Origin: an uncultured virus (IMG/VR IMGVR_UViG_649633079_000003)
Taxonomy: Duplodnaviria > Heunggongvirae > Uroviricota > Caudoviricetes
Direction: 5' to 3' (one strand)
IMG/VR virus record: IMGVR_UViG_649633079_000003
DNA: 20,000 nt
Numbering within the stretch: the first letter of the stretch is position 1; every line of letters starts with the position of its first letter. The translations under genes were made by a program, and so were the position numbers. This document shows, in pieces, positions 1 to 7,821 of this stretch. Below the pieces are notes generated by a model. That model was not told the DNA's origin. It saw nothing but the letters and a program-made list of their open reading frames with translations, and did not search any database.

Positions 1-1
1 T

Positions 2-91
2 CCCGAAGGTACATACCCATGGGTAAAAATGTGGGACTATGGAGAACGTGGATTAAGCATCTTGGTTTCACCAATGAAGGATGAGGAGTGA
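2..91 (+). CDS. 3' end of a hypothetical protein running in from the left edge
   Basis: Open frame PEGTYPWVKMWDYGERGLSILVSPMKDEE* ending TGA at 89-91; its last codons contain the SD of the next gene. Confidence 0.6.
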   Translation, partial: PEGTYPWVKMWDYGERGLSILVSPMKDEE

Positions 92-97
92 ACTCGT

Positions 98-259
98 GTG
101 GGTGAAATCGCTGAAATGATTATAGAAGGAATTCTTTGTGAAACTTGCGGATCTTATATAGAGGAAGGGGAACCTCAGGGCTTTCCTCGAACATGTAAAG
201 ATTGTGATCAAGAAGGAGAGAAAAGGGGAAGAGCTGAAAATGGACATCGGAAAAATTAA
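98..259 (+). CDS. Small zinc-ribbon protein, 53 aa (not in ORF track)
   Basis: GAGGAG at 83-88, GTG start; MGEIAEMIIEGILCETCGSYIEEGEPQGFPRTCKDC... has two CxxC pairs. Confidence 0.8.
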   Translation: MGEIAEMIIEGILCETCGSYIEEGEPQGFPRTCKDCDQEGEKRGRAENGHRKN

Positions 260-527
260 TCTTAATGGTATTAACTATCTAAAGGAATCAGATGTAGACA
301 AGTTCTACACACGAAAAGACCATGTGGTAATAGATGAAATGGTGCTTGAAAAAACCTTATTAAAGCTCGAACCATCTGAACTCGTTCGTATATTGACTTC
401 CGTTGCAGAAGATAAATTGAGGGAAGTTAACTATGCTGAGCTATCAGAAATGATGAAGCCCGAGAACAAAGAAGAGTATGCAATTAATATGCTCCTCATG
501 ATCTCAAACGTAGGACAGATGATTTAA
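240..527 (+). CDS. Hypothetical protein, 95 aa
   Basis: ATG at 240 after AGGGGA preferred to the track start at 204; followed by a terminator. Confidence 0.75.
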   Translation: MDIGKINLNGINYLKESDVDKFYTRKDHVVIDEMVLEKTLLKLEPSELVRILTSVAEDKLREVNYAELSEMMKPENKEEYAINMLLMISNVGQMI

Positions 528-540
528 TGCAGCTTGAACC

Positions 541-573
541 AAGAGTTTCTCTATAAAGGGAGGCTCTTTTTTT
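541..573 (+). terminator. Intrinsic terminator
   Basis: AAGAGTTTCTC/GGGAGGCTCTT stem with G-U pairs, then T run. Confidence 0.75.
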
Positions 574-686
574 GTTGGTTGGGCATTTTCACAGTTGTCG
601 TTATAAAATAAACTTCTTTTTCTACTATACAAGGAGCTTAAAAATTGGAGATGCTTTGCATCTGAATCGAGGAGGTTATTATTATT

Positions 687-1187
687 ATGAAAAAGTATCA
701 AGCTGTAGGTATGATGGTTGAGTTAGATGGTGGACTTACAAAGAACCAAGTGGTTTCTCTTCTGGGGAAGCTCGAAGATGGTGAGCTGCTCATTCCTTTT
801 GGAACATCTGCGAACAATAGTACCATTTATGGATTTTTAACTGTACCGAGTGTCGATGAGCATCTGGACGCCGTTGAGAAAACAGCAAGACAGCTTTGTG
901 AGGATTTTGATAATGAACGTACGGATCAAACGTATACAACTGAAACGGGTATCCAGATGTTTATTGATTGTGAACTTGAGACCTCAAGAGATGAAAGTGC
1001 TTTTCGTGTTTTTTCATCAGCAGGAAAGTTTATTGATGTGGAAACAAATGAGGGAACTTATCAGCATGTGGTCATTTGTCCAAAACCATATTCGCCATGG
1101 ATTCATTTGCTGAAATTTTCGAATGGCGTTGTGGTGGAAGTTAAAACAGGGGATATTCTCGAAACAGATGGTAATCTATCGTTATGA
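687..1187 (+). CDS. Hypothetical acidic protein, 166 aa
   Basis: GAGGAGG SD upstream, long ORF; no recognised motif. Confidence 0.85.
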   Translation: MKKYQAVGMMVELDGGLTKNQVVSLLGKLEDGELLIPFGTSANNSTIYGFLTVPSVDEHLDAVEKTARQLCEDFDNERTDQTYTTETGIQMFIDCELETSRDESAFRVFSSAGKFIDVETNEGTYQHVVICPKPYSPWIHLLKFSNGVVVEVKTGDILETDGNLSL

Positions 1188-1300
1188 TATCCGTAATGGC
1201 GATAGGTATATCGGTAAGGGTTAATATGGTAGAATGAGGGAATATGTTACTGGCTCCTACTTTATTTCGTGTGTCAATTATATTGCAGGAGGAAGATGAA

Positions 1301-1645
1301 ATGGAATTTAATTTAGATGAATATCAACGGGGTAACGGGAAACGTTATGTTTGTAATGATTACAAAGGTTTTAAGATTATAGTTGTAGTTGCATCGCAAG
1401 CAAATCTGCAAAAAGGTTTAGGAGGCGGGTCAATTAAGTCTTTAATTATGCATCCATTATCGGGTAAGTTTATTTCCTACGATTATTCGAACGGCAATTG
1501 GCAGAATGGATACATACCTCCTGAAGAGATTCGGAGTATAGTAGAAGATATTGTGAGATACTTCGATTCGGAAATCACAATGGATTGGAATCATGAAGCT
1601 AAAAAGATAAAAACATTACCAAGAGGAACCAAACACATCAGTTGA
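1301..1645 (+). CDS. Hypothetical protein, 114 aa
   Basis: AGGAGGA SD at 1287-1293 supports ATG 1301 rather than 1244. Confidence 0.8.
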   Translation: MEFNLDEYQRGNGKRYVCNDYKGFKIIVVVASQANLQKGLGGGSIKSLIMHPLSGKFISYDYSNGNWQNGYIPPEEIRSIVEDIVRYFDSEITMDWNHEAKKIKTLPRGTKHIS

Positions 1646-1686
1646 GTGCTAACCATTCATAGAAAAAGTGTATATGGACGATAAAG

Positions 1687-1712
1687 GGAGGATAGATATT
1701 CCTCCTTTTTTT
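1687..1712 (+). terminator. Intrinsic terminator
   Basis: GGAGGA-loop-TCCTCC followed by T7. Confidence 0.8.
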
Positions 1713-1795
1713 ATTTGTATATATTCATGCATATGATATGAAAGTTAAAAATAAAAAGGTGTTATATGGTAATTTTTGTATGAGGAGAGATACGG

Positions 1796-2125
1796 ATGAA
1801 AGAGAAAGAAGCGATTTCATTATTGTTAGAAGGAAAGTTGAAGCGTGTTGGTGTGAAACGAGCTGTCTTTGCTGACATACCTGGCGAAGAACCCATCGAG
1901 TGGGTTTGGTTTGATTTGGTGGATCAAGATCATAATGCTCGGCTGGAGAATGGTAGCCTGTATATGGATATTTGGTATTGTGCATTGCCCAATCTGCCGG
2001 AAGACTCTTTTGTGGATAAAAGGGAAATACAGACGCCAAAAGGTTTGGTTACACTTTTTAAGTTTCGTATGATGGTTGAACTTGATTATATTAGCTTAGA
2101 TGGAAAACGAATTTGGTTAAATTGA
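1796..2125 (+). CDS. Hypothetical protein, 109 aa
   Basis: GAGGAG SD, co-oriented ORF. Confidence 0.8.
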   Translation: MKEKEAISLLLEGKLKRVGVKRAVFADIPGEEPIEWVWFDLVDQDHNARLENGSLYMDIWYCALPNLPEDSFVDKREIQTPKGLVTLFKFRMMVELDYISLDGKRIWLN

Positions 2126-2183
2126 ATTAAAAGAATCTGTAAACACTCTTGAATTCATAACCTTACAGGGGAGCCGAAGAACC

Positions 2184-2846
2184 ATGAAGAATAAAAGTGT
2201 TCATATTACGTACCAAGTTGTTCGCGAAATATTCACCAGTGAAATAGAAAAGGATATTGTCGCTTTTCAAGACGTTACCCAAATCGAAGGAAAAGAGGAT
2301 TTGGTTTCAGAAGGGATTAGTACACTGGAGAAAATAGCTTCCGTCAACAACGATAAGGTTGTTCCTATAATGGAAAAACTCTGTTTGTTTAAAAAAGGAG
2401 TTGTGGAGGCGCACAAAGAAGAAAACATCTTTGTGGATTCTACTCGGTATAATCAATTTTATATCCCGAAGCCGTTTAGCTATATTCAGGAGTTTGGTAT
2501 GGAAGGAGCTGTACTATTGAAAAGTGAGGGTTACTCTCACAATCTTTATACGCTTGACGGAGATCGTTTAATGCATCCCATACACTTTGATGATATTTAT
2601 GAAGAATATTATGATTTGTATGCGATTATCGCTGCTTTAAACAAAAGAGATGATATACGTTGGAAAAAGTCCAAATGGAACAATTCGTATTTTGTATCTA
2701 CATTAGGAGGTAAACGATTAGAGTTTCGCTATTTACCAACGAATGGTATATGGGACGAAATTAAATACATCAAGAATTCTTTCGATGTTCGAGATTATCT
2801 AAAAAAAGAAGTGCTGGGCATTTCTAAATTTGCTAAAGATATTTAA
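2184..2846 (+). CDS. Hypothetical protein, 220 aa
   Basis: GGGGAG SD, long ORF. Confidence 0.85.
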   Translation: MKNKSVHITYQVVREIFTSEIEKDIVAFQDVTQIEGKEDLVSEGISTLEKIASVNNDKVVPIMEKLCLFKKGVVEAHKEENIFVDSTRYNQFYIPKPFSYIQEFGMEGAVLLKSEGYSHNLYTLDGDRLMHPIHFDDIYEEYYDLYAIIAALNKRDDIRWKKSKWNNSYFVSTLGGKRLEFRYLPTNGIWDEIKYIKNSFDVRDYLKKEVLGISKFAKDI

Positions 2847-3016
2847 AGGGTTCTTATTGATTCTTTTCATTTGTAATGGATGTAGACAAATGAAGTAAAT
2901 ATTCTGCTTGTTGTGTGTTTCTGATCCTCATATATACTATTATATGTGAGGATTTTGTCACTATGGAAGATAGTCTCGTTGAAGTTATCTCATGAATTAA
3001 ATGGGGTGTCTAAAGC

Positions 3017-3766
3017 ATGAGTGTTACATTACATGGGGGGAGAGCTCATCTAAACGGAGTTACATTTTACACGGATAAGTTCATCTCTAAAGCTTATCGA
3101 GAAAAGGACGAAATTAAGGTTAGTGTAAAAGAAAGAAAAATGAAATCTCACTTTTACGATCGTATACCCTTCCTACGCGGTATCATGCTTCTGATAGAAA
3201 TGTTACTCATGAATCCGATCCCTATCATTTGTATCTGTATCATGTCCGTGATCATGTTGAGTGTAGGTGATGAAGTTTCTGGTTCGCCTCAACAAGTCAG
3301 CACTTTGCGTATAATCGAACCGTATATATTGCCAGGTTTGTTTTTTGTTATTGCTTTGGTAATTCGCAGCACGAAGATCGGCAGGTATCATGCGGCTGAA
3401 CATATGACAGCCAAAACGTTCTCTAAAGGAATCGATCTCACAGTTAATAATGTGATGAAGCAAAGCCGAGTTTATGAGAGTTGTGGAACCAATTTAGTTG
3501 TTTTTATGGTAGTGACATTTTTCTTGTTGTCCTTATTCAATTTAAACGTATGGATTTGTTTTATTCTCACATGGTCTATTAGTTACGAAATATTTTGTGT
3601 AGAAGAAGGATGGATTAAAAGAGTAGTTCTCCCTTTCTATTGGATTGGTGGGGTTGCTCAATATTTTTTATTCACTTCTAAACCCACAGAAAAAGAAGTG
3701 TTGGTTGCAATGGCATCTGCAAAAGAACTCATCCGTCGAGATGTGAAGGAAGTAAAAAATGAATAG
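3017..3766 (+). CDS. DUF1385-family (YqhQ-like) membrane protein, putative metal-binding
   Basis: N-terminal GGRAxxNGV, YHAAEH and RxxxxCGTN motifs plus several hydrophobic segments match DUF1385 hallmarks. Confidence 0.85.
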   Translation: MSVTLHGGRAHLNGVTFYTDKFISKAYREKDEIKVSVKERKMKSHFYDRIPFLRGIMLLIEMLLMNPIPIICICIMSVIMLSVGDEVSGSPQQVSTLRIIEPYILPGLFFVIALVIRSTKIGRYHAAEHMTAKTFSKGIDLTVNNVMKQSRVYESCGTNLVVFMVVTFFLLSLFNLNVWICFILTWSISYEIFCVEEGWIKRVVLPFYWIGGVAQYFLFTSKPTEKEVLVAMASAKELIRRDVKEVKNE

Positions 3767-3867
3767 TTTTAACTTTAACCACAGTTGAAGACAGAACTAA
3801 CCTAACTTGAAAACTTTGTGTAATGTACCTGTATGTTTAAAGATTTTACATGAGAGAAGGTAATGTA

Positions 3868-4170
3868 ATGGCTGTACCCAGTACAAGAAAATCTCGACTC
3901 GAATGGTTGGCAGACAAGAGGGGGATTGACTACGTTATGTCGATGTATACTCTGACAGATCGAGAAGTGAAAAAGCATTTTGAACAGGTTTATCCGATTT
4001 ATAAAGATTATCCAAGCTATTCAAGAAAAAATGAACAGCCAAAGTGTTTAGTCTGCCAGTCAGAGGCTCGCATTACGTGGGAATGTGAATGTGGTGTGAA
4101 TGAGGGAATCTTTGATGAGGATGATCCGCAGCTAAGTGAAAGGCAACAAGCTTGGAAAGAGCGTGTGTAA
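3868..4170 (+). CDS. Hypothetical protein with CxxC...CxC Zn-ribbon motif
   Basis: CLVC...CECG; ATG 3868 follows GAAGGT (3850 is an alternative start). Confidence 0.75.
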   Translation: MAVPSTRKSRLEWLADKRGIDYVMSMYTLTDREVKKHFEQVYPIYKDYPSYSRKNEQPKCLVCQSEARITWECECGVNEGIFDEDDPQLSERQQAWKERV

Positions 4171-4172
4171 AA

Positions 4173-4201
4173 TTGAAAATAAAAATTTTTGATCTTATTA
4201 T
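4173..4201 (+). promoter_or_regulatory. Putative sigma-A promoter
   Basis: TTGAAA-N17-TATTAT. Confidence 0.45.
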
Positions 4202-4267
4202 CGCTGGGATTTAATCTCTATTCTTAGTATATAATAGAATACATTAAATTATGGGAGGTTGGCATAT

Positions 4268-4552
4268 ATGCTAACATTGGTGAATGATAAGATTGCTGAA
4301 CATATAAAGAATCTTCCATCTAAGAAAATTCCAGAATTGCAGATGACCGGAAAAATGTTGGAGCAAATCGACTTAATTGTGAAGGTGAAAGTCAATATTC
4401 ACGAAGTTGGTTTTTTGAATCGGGATATTTGTCGGGTTCTTGCACACTTGGACAATGGAAATCTATATATTAAGCGTCTTGAAGATGGACATAAGGGAAT
4501 TGTCTCTAAAGTACAAGTATCATTTCCGAAGTGGGAAAACTATTCTTTCTAA
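4268..4552 (+). CDS. Hypothetical protein, 94 aa
   Basis: GGGAGG at 4253-4258 is correctly spaced to ATG 4268, not to TTG 4259. Confidence 0.75.
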   Translation: MLTLVNDKIAEHIKNLPSKKIPELQMTGKMLEQIDLIVKVKVNIHEVGFLNRDICRVLAHLDNGNLYIKRLEDGHKGIVSKVQVSFPKWENYSF

Positions 4553-4645
4553 ACATTATAGGATGTTTAGTATTTTAAAATGAATTAGCGTAATACAATG
4601 TGAGTTTCATTTGAATTAAACATAGTCGGAAAGGTAGGGATTATT

Positions 4646-4933
4646 TTGAAGAATGCAATTATTTATCGTCCACACAAGGGAAGTCTTGAGGAATCAATGA
4701 AACAAGCAAAGGAATTTTTATCTATGCGAGAGATGAAAGAATACATCGTAAAAGATTGGAACAATCTATTTGATATAGAGGATATTGTAATAAAAGAAGA
4801 TGCACATTTAGATGATCGAATTGGCTGGAATGATGTAAGGTTAGTGACTATCAAACGTCTTGGCGAACAAGACAACATGGAATTATACGGATGTCCGCAA
4901 GCAATCGGATATTGTGCAACTGATTATAAGTAA
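4646..4933 (+). CDS. Phage-type hypothetical protein, 95 aa
   Basis: TTG start after AAGGTAGGGA; stop overlaps next start (TAATG). Confidence 0.8.
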   Translation: MKNAIIYRPHKGSLEESMKQAKEFLSMREMKEYIVKDWNNLFDIEDIVIKEDAHLDDRIGWNDVRLVTIKRLGEQDNMELYGCPQAIGYCATDYK

Positions 4934-5220
4934 TGGAGGACTATTCAATGATGAATAGAAAACAGCTTCAAGAATGGTTAAACCAGTTCCCTGAAGAAGC
5001 AATTGTTTGTACAGATACCAACAATCATTATTCAACGGATGGAATAAGATATGGTACAATGGTGGAGTGTGGAGATGAAAACAATAAATTAAAACTATTG
5101 TTTATAGGAAACACAAGACATGTAGGTAAATTAATAGATGGCGAAGGTCGGTTTGAGAATCATGAGTATAATTTAAAGGGATTAAGATTACTGAATGCAG
5201 TATATGTAAAACGAGACTAA
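4933..5220 (+). CDS. Phage-type hypothetical protein, 95 aa
   Basis: TAATG coupling; N-terminal 'LQEWLNQFPEEAIV' resembles a common start of small phage proteins. Confidence 0.75.
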   Translation: MEDYSMMNRKQLQEWLNQFPEEAIVCTDTNNHYSTDGIRYGTMVECGDENNKLKLLFIGNTRHVGKLIDGEGRFENHEYNLKGLRLLNAVYVKRD

Positions 5221-5257
5221 ATGAAATGTAGTTCTATTTAGATTAGGAGAAATGAGA

Positions 5258-5457
5258 ATGAAAAAATATTATATTATCGACTCAATTGCATCTAAACTTG
5301 GCGAAAAGAAACGGCATATTTGATTCAGGTTGGCGATGTCCATACAAGCACCACTGATAAAACGAAGGCAAAAGTATTTAACGAATTGGAAATTGAAAGA
5401 GATGGTTGGAGAAGCGAAGATTTGGGTTACGAATTTGAAGAGGTTCAGTCCAAATAA
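5258..5457 (+). pseudogene. Frameshifted small gene (~66 aa) or sequencing indel
   Basis: AGGAGA SD; MKKYYIIDSIASKLGE continues after a one-base shift at the A4 run (5304-5307) as KETAYLIQVGDVHTSTTDKTKAKVFNELEIERDGWRSEDLGYEFEEVQSK*. Confidence 0.65.
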
Positions 5458-5516
5458 AATAATGGAGGGACTCATAAAGAAAAAATGCGAAAGAACAAAA
5501 TCGTTCATACTTAACG

Positions 5517-5549
5517 AGAAAATCTCTGAAATGAGATTTTCTTTTTTTT
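5517..5549 (+). terminator. Intrinsic terminator
   Basis: AGAAAATCTC/GAGATTTTCT stem plus T run. Confidence 0.8.
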
Positions 5550-5690
5550 ATTTGCATTGGTGCATATGATACATAAGTTTAAAAACAAAACAGGATTTAT
5601 GAAATCAAATATTTCTTGGAGGAGCTCTGAAATGTGATAGTAATTTTTTTTAAAAAAGTTTAGATTCTTAATCAATAGGAGGAACCGTTA

Positions 5691-6254
5691 ATGTTCATCA
5701 AAAAAAGTAAGGTGCCGTTTAAAAGCAATCCACTTGCTATGGTGAGAGTGGCGTTGGTTCAACACGTAGAGGAGAAGGTGCAGGGTAAGTTTTACAAGGC
5801 GAAGGAGCTGGCTTGTTATCAATTTTTAAAAAATATGAAGGATGAAACCCTGGAAGAAATCCTTTTAGTGTATATTGAAAGAGAAGGATTATCCGAAATT
5901 ACACTGGAAGATTGGCGGAAAGAAGCCAAATTAATGTTTGACGTCATTTATGATCGTGAAGATTATAAAGGACTTGAAATCAAGTATAAGCGGCAAGGCT
6001 TTGGAACAACGGGTTTAGGCGTATATGATAAAAACGCAGATGTATTTTATGATTGTGCTGAAGTTGAACATTGGTCTAAGATCAGAGAGATCGTTGAACA
6101 TAAATATACCCCTATGTTCAAAGCCTTAGATCAATTGTATTTTAACCCATCATTAAATGAATATGATGGTTATACCCGAGAAGAAGTAGAGTCATTTATA
6201 ATGGACAATTTTGAGCTTGTTGGAGAAAGTAAAAGACTGGATGACTATTTATAA
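5691..6254 (+). CDS. Hypothetical protein, 187 aa
   Basis: AGGAGG SD, long ORF. Confidence 0.88.
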   Translation: MFIKKSKVPFKSNPLAMVRVALVQHVEEKVQGKFYKAKELACYQFLKNMKDETLEEILLVYIEREGLSEITLEDWRKEAKLMFDVIYDREDYKGLEIKYKRQGFGTTGLGVYDKNADVFYDCAEVEHWSKIREIVEHKYTPMFKALDQLYFNPSLNEYDGYTREEVESFIMDNFELVGESKRLDDYL

Positions 6255-6275
6255 GAGTGTATGGAGGTTTTGTTA

Positions 6276-6471
6276 ATGGACAGATATATGGCTAAAATGG
6301 ATGTTGTCAAAAAAATTAAATGGTTTGAACGAGATTAGACAAGAAGCGGATAGAATGATTGTTGAAATGTCTAAAAATTGGAGCGCTGAAAGTTTTTCTC
6401 CTATACATGCTTATTCATACGTATTTTTGCATGTGTATTCAGAAAAGGTTAGCTCATTTAAACAATACTAA
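6276..6471 (+). pseudogene. Frameshifted small gene (~64 aa) or sequencing indel
   Basis: GGAGG SD; MDRYMAKMDVVKK continues as LNGLNEIRQEADRMIVEMSKNWSAESFSPIHAYSYVFLHVYSEKVSSFKQY* if one A is removed from the A7 run at 6309-6315. Confidence 0.6.
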
Positions 6472-6500
6472 ATCTCATTGAAAGTGGAGGAGCGCTGGGT

Positions 6501-7007
6501 ATGATGACAGTCAAACGATATATGAGTAGAATTACAGTAAGTGAAATATATGATCAATTTTTAATTGGTGGTTATCAAGATCTCAAAATACCTGCTTTTG
6601 TTGAAGATGAACTGGAGCAACACTTAATTGAAGCGGTTGCTTACAATGTACCCATGATGCCAGTAGTGGTGATCCGTCAGAATGATACGGATCTGAAAGT
6701 TATAACAATGCATCATATTGTTTACGGGAAAGAACGAATTGAGCAAATCCTGTACTTGATTCATAAGTATGAAAATAAGGATGCTAAGATTAAAGGTGAT
6801 GTTCCCAACTTGATGAAAGATTTTCAAGAGCATTTTTGGCACTACGAAATGGTCGTTCATTATATTGAACCAGGATTATCAGACGCTGAACTTGAGCAAT
6901 TCTTGAACTTATACCAATCCCATCATCTTTGTGCAGATTGCTTCGCTTCAGTCGTTAAAGATCTATCGGTACGGCAACGGGTGTGCCCATCCTGCCAGGC
7001 CCTTTGA
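6501..7007 (+). CDS. Degenerate DUF262/ParB-like protein with C-terminal Zn ribbon
   Basis: LIEAVAYNVPMMPVVV and IVYGKERI resemble DUF262 LIESIxxxxPIPxIY and VIDGQQRL; ends CADC...CPSC. Confidence 0.6.
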   Translation: MMTVKRYMSRITVSEIYDQFLIGGYQDLKIPAFVEDELEQHLIEAVAYNVPMMPVVVIRQNDTDLKVITMHHIVYGKERIEQILYLIHKYENKDAKIKGDVPNLMKDFQEHFWHYEMVVHYIEPGLSDAELEQFLNLYQSHHLCADCFASVVKDLSVRQRVCPSCQAL

Positions 7008-7333
7008 TCGGGATGTAAATGCAGCCCGAAACATTAAGTTAGTTATTGACGGATTAACTTAAAGTATTTACTAAGTTGCTAATAGTGATGAATTTGAAAT
7101 GACAGAAAGTTAAGAGTGGATTATGGGTAGGTAATGGATCGTATTATAAGTTGCTTGAGTGATTTGTTAGAGGGTCTTGCTCATCTTAGATATCACTATG
7201 AGATAAGCATTCATAATAAATAAATAACATCATCATCTTATTGAAATGTTGAGAAAGTATTTTAAAATCGAATCATATACCTTATAGAGACTGAAGCTAC
7301 TTTCTGAAAAATGTCTATATTATTGGAGTGTTG

Positions 7334-7516
7334 ATGATGGCAAGAGGATGGGACGGGCTGGAAATTGGAGACAGAGTTAAATACGAAACGAGCGAAAATA
7401 GGTTTGTCGTAGGTGAAGTTATTCATTTATATGTTAGTGATAAAAGTCGCGCAAGAATAAAAACGGATGAAGGTAAAGAGAAAGATGTTATTTGTGAGTA
7501 TTGCGAAAAGGTCTAA
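7334..7516 (+). CDS. Small SH3/KOW-like beta-barrel protein
   Basis: GGAGTG SD; LEIGDRVKY...GEVI pattern. Confidence 0.75.
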   Translation: MMARGWDGLEIGDRVKYETSENRFVVGEVIHLYVSDKSRARIKTDEGKEKDVICEYCEKV

Positions 7517-7560
7517 TGGAAATATGATTCTAATCTCTGCTTTGAATAGAATCATGTGAG

Positions 7561-7598
7561 AAGAAACCCCCATTTATAAATGAGGGTTTCTTTTTTTT
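7561..7598 (+). terminator. Intrinsic terminator
   Basis: AAGAAACCC/GGGTTTCTT stem extended by CATTT/AAATG, then T run. Confidence 0.85.
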
Positions 7599-7768
7599 GA
7601 ATCACTTTAGATACATATACTTATGATTTTTAAAATCGAATCATGATAAAAGAGGAAGCAAAAAAGTAACATAGAGTAGATGAATATAAAAGGAGGCAAT
7701 CCATTTTGCTGATACGACATTATGAGGTGTAAAAAATTCTTATAGAAGGATGGATAAGTAAACTATAA

Positions 7769-7797
7769 TTTACCAAATTTTAATCAAGTGATATAAT
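7769..7797 (+). promoter_or_regulatory. Sigma-A promoter of the AAA ATPase gene
   Basis: TTTACC-N17-TATAAT with extended -10 TG. Confidence 0.65.
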
Positions 7798-7821
7798 CAC
7801 CGATAAGCAGGAGAGGAATAT

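Larger units (their letters stand above)
7260..7644. repeat. 17-bp direct repeat TTTTAAAATCGAATCAT (7260-7276, 7628-7644)
   Basis: Exact match read from the sequence. Confidence 0.85.

Noticed and set aside
5330..5569. 79-aa + strand ORF from the track
   Set aside because: No SD, runs through a terminator, and is an off-frame reading of the frameshifted 5258-5457 gene
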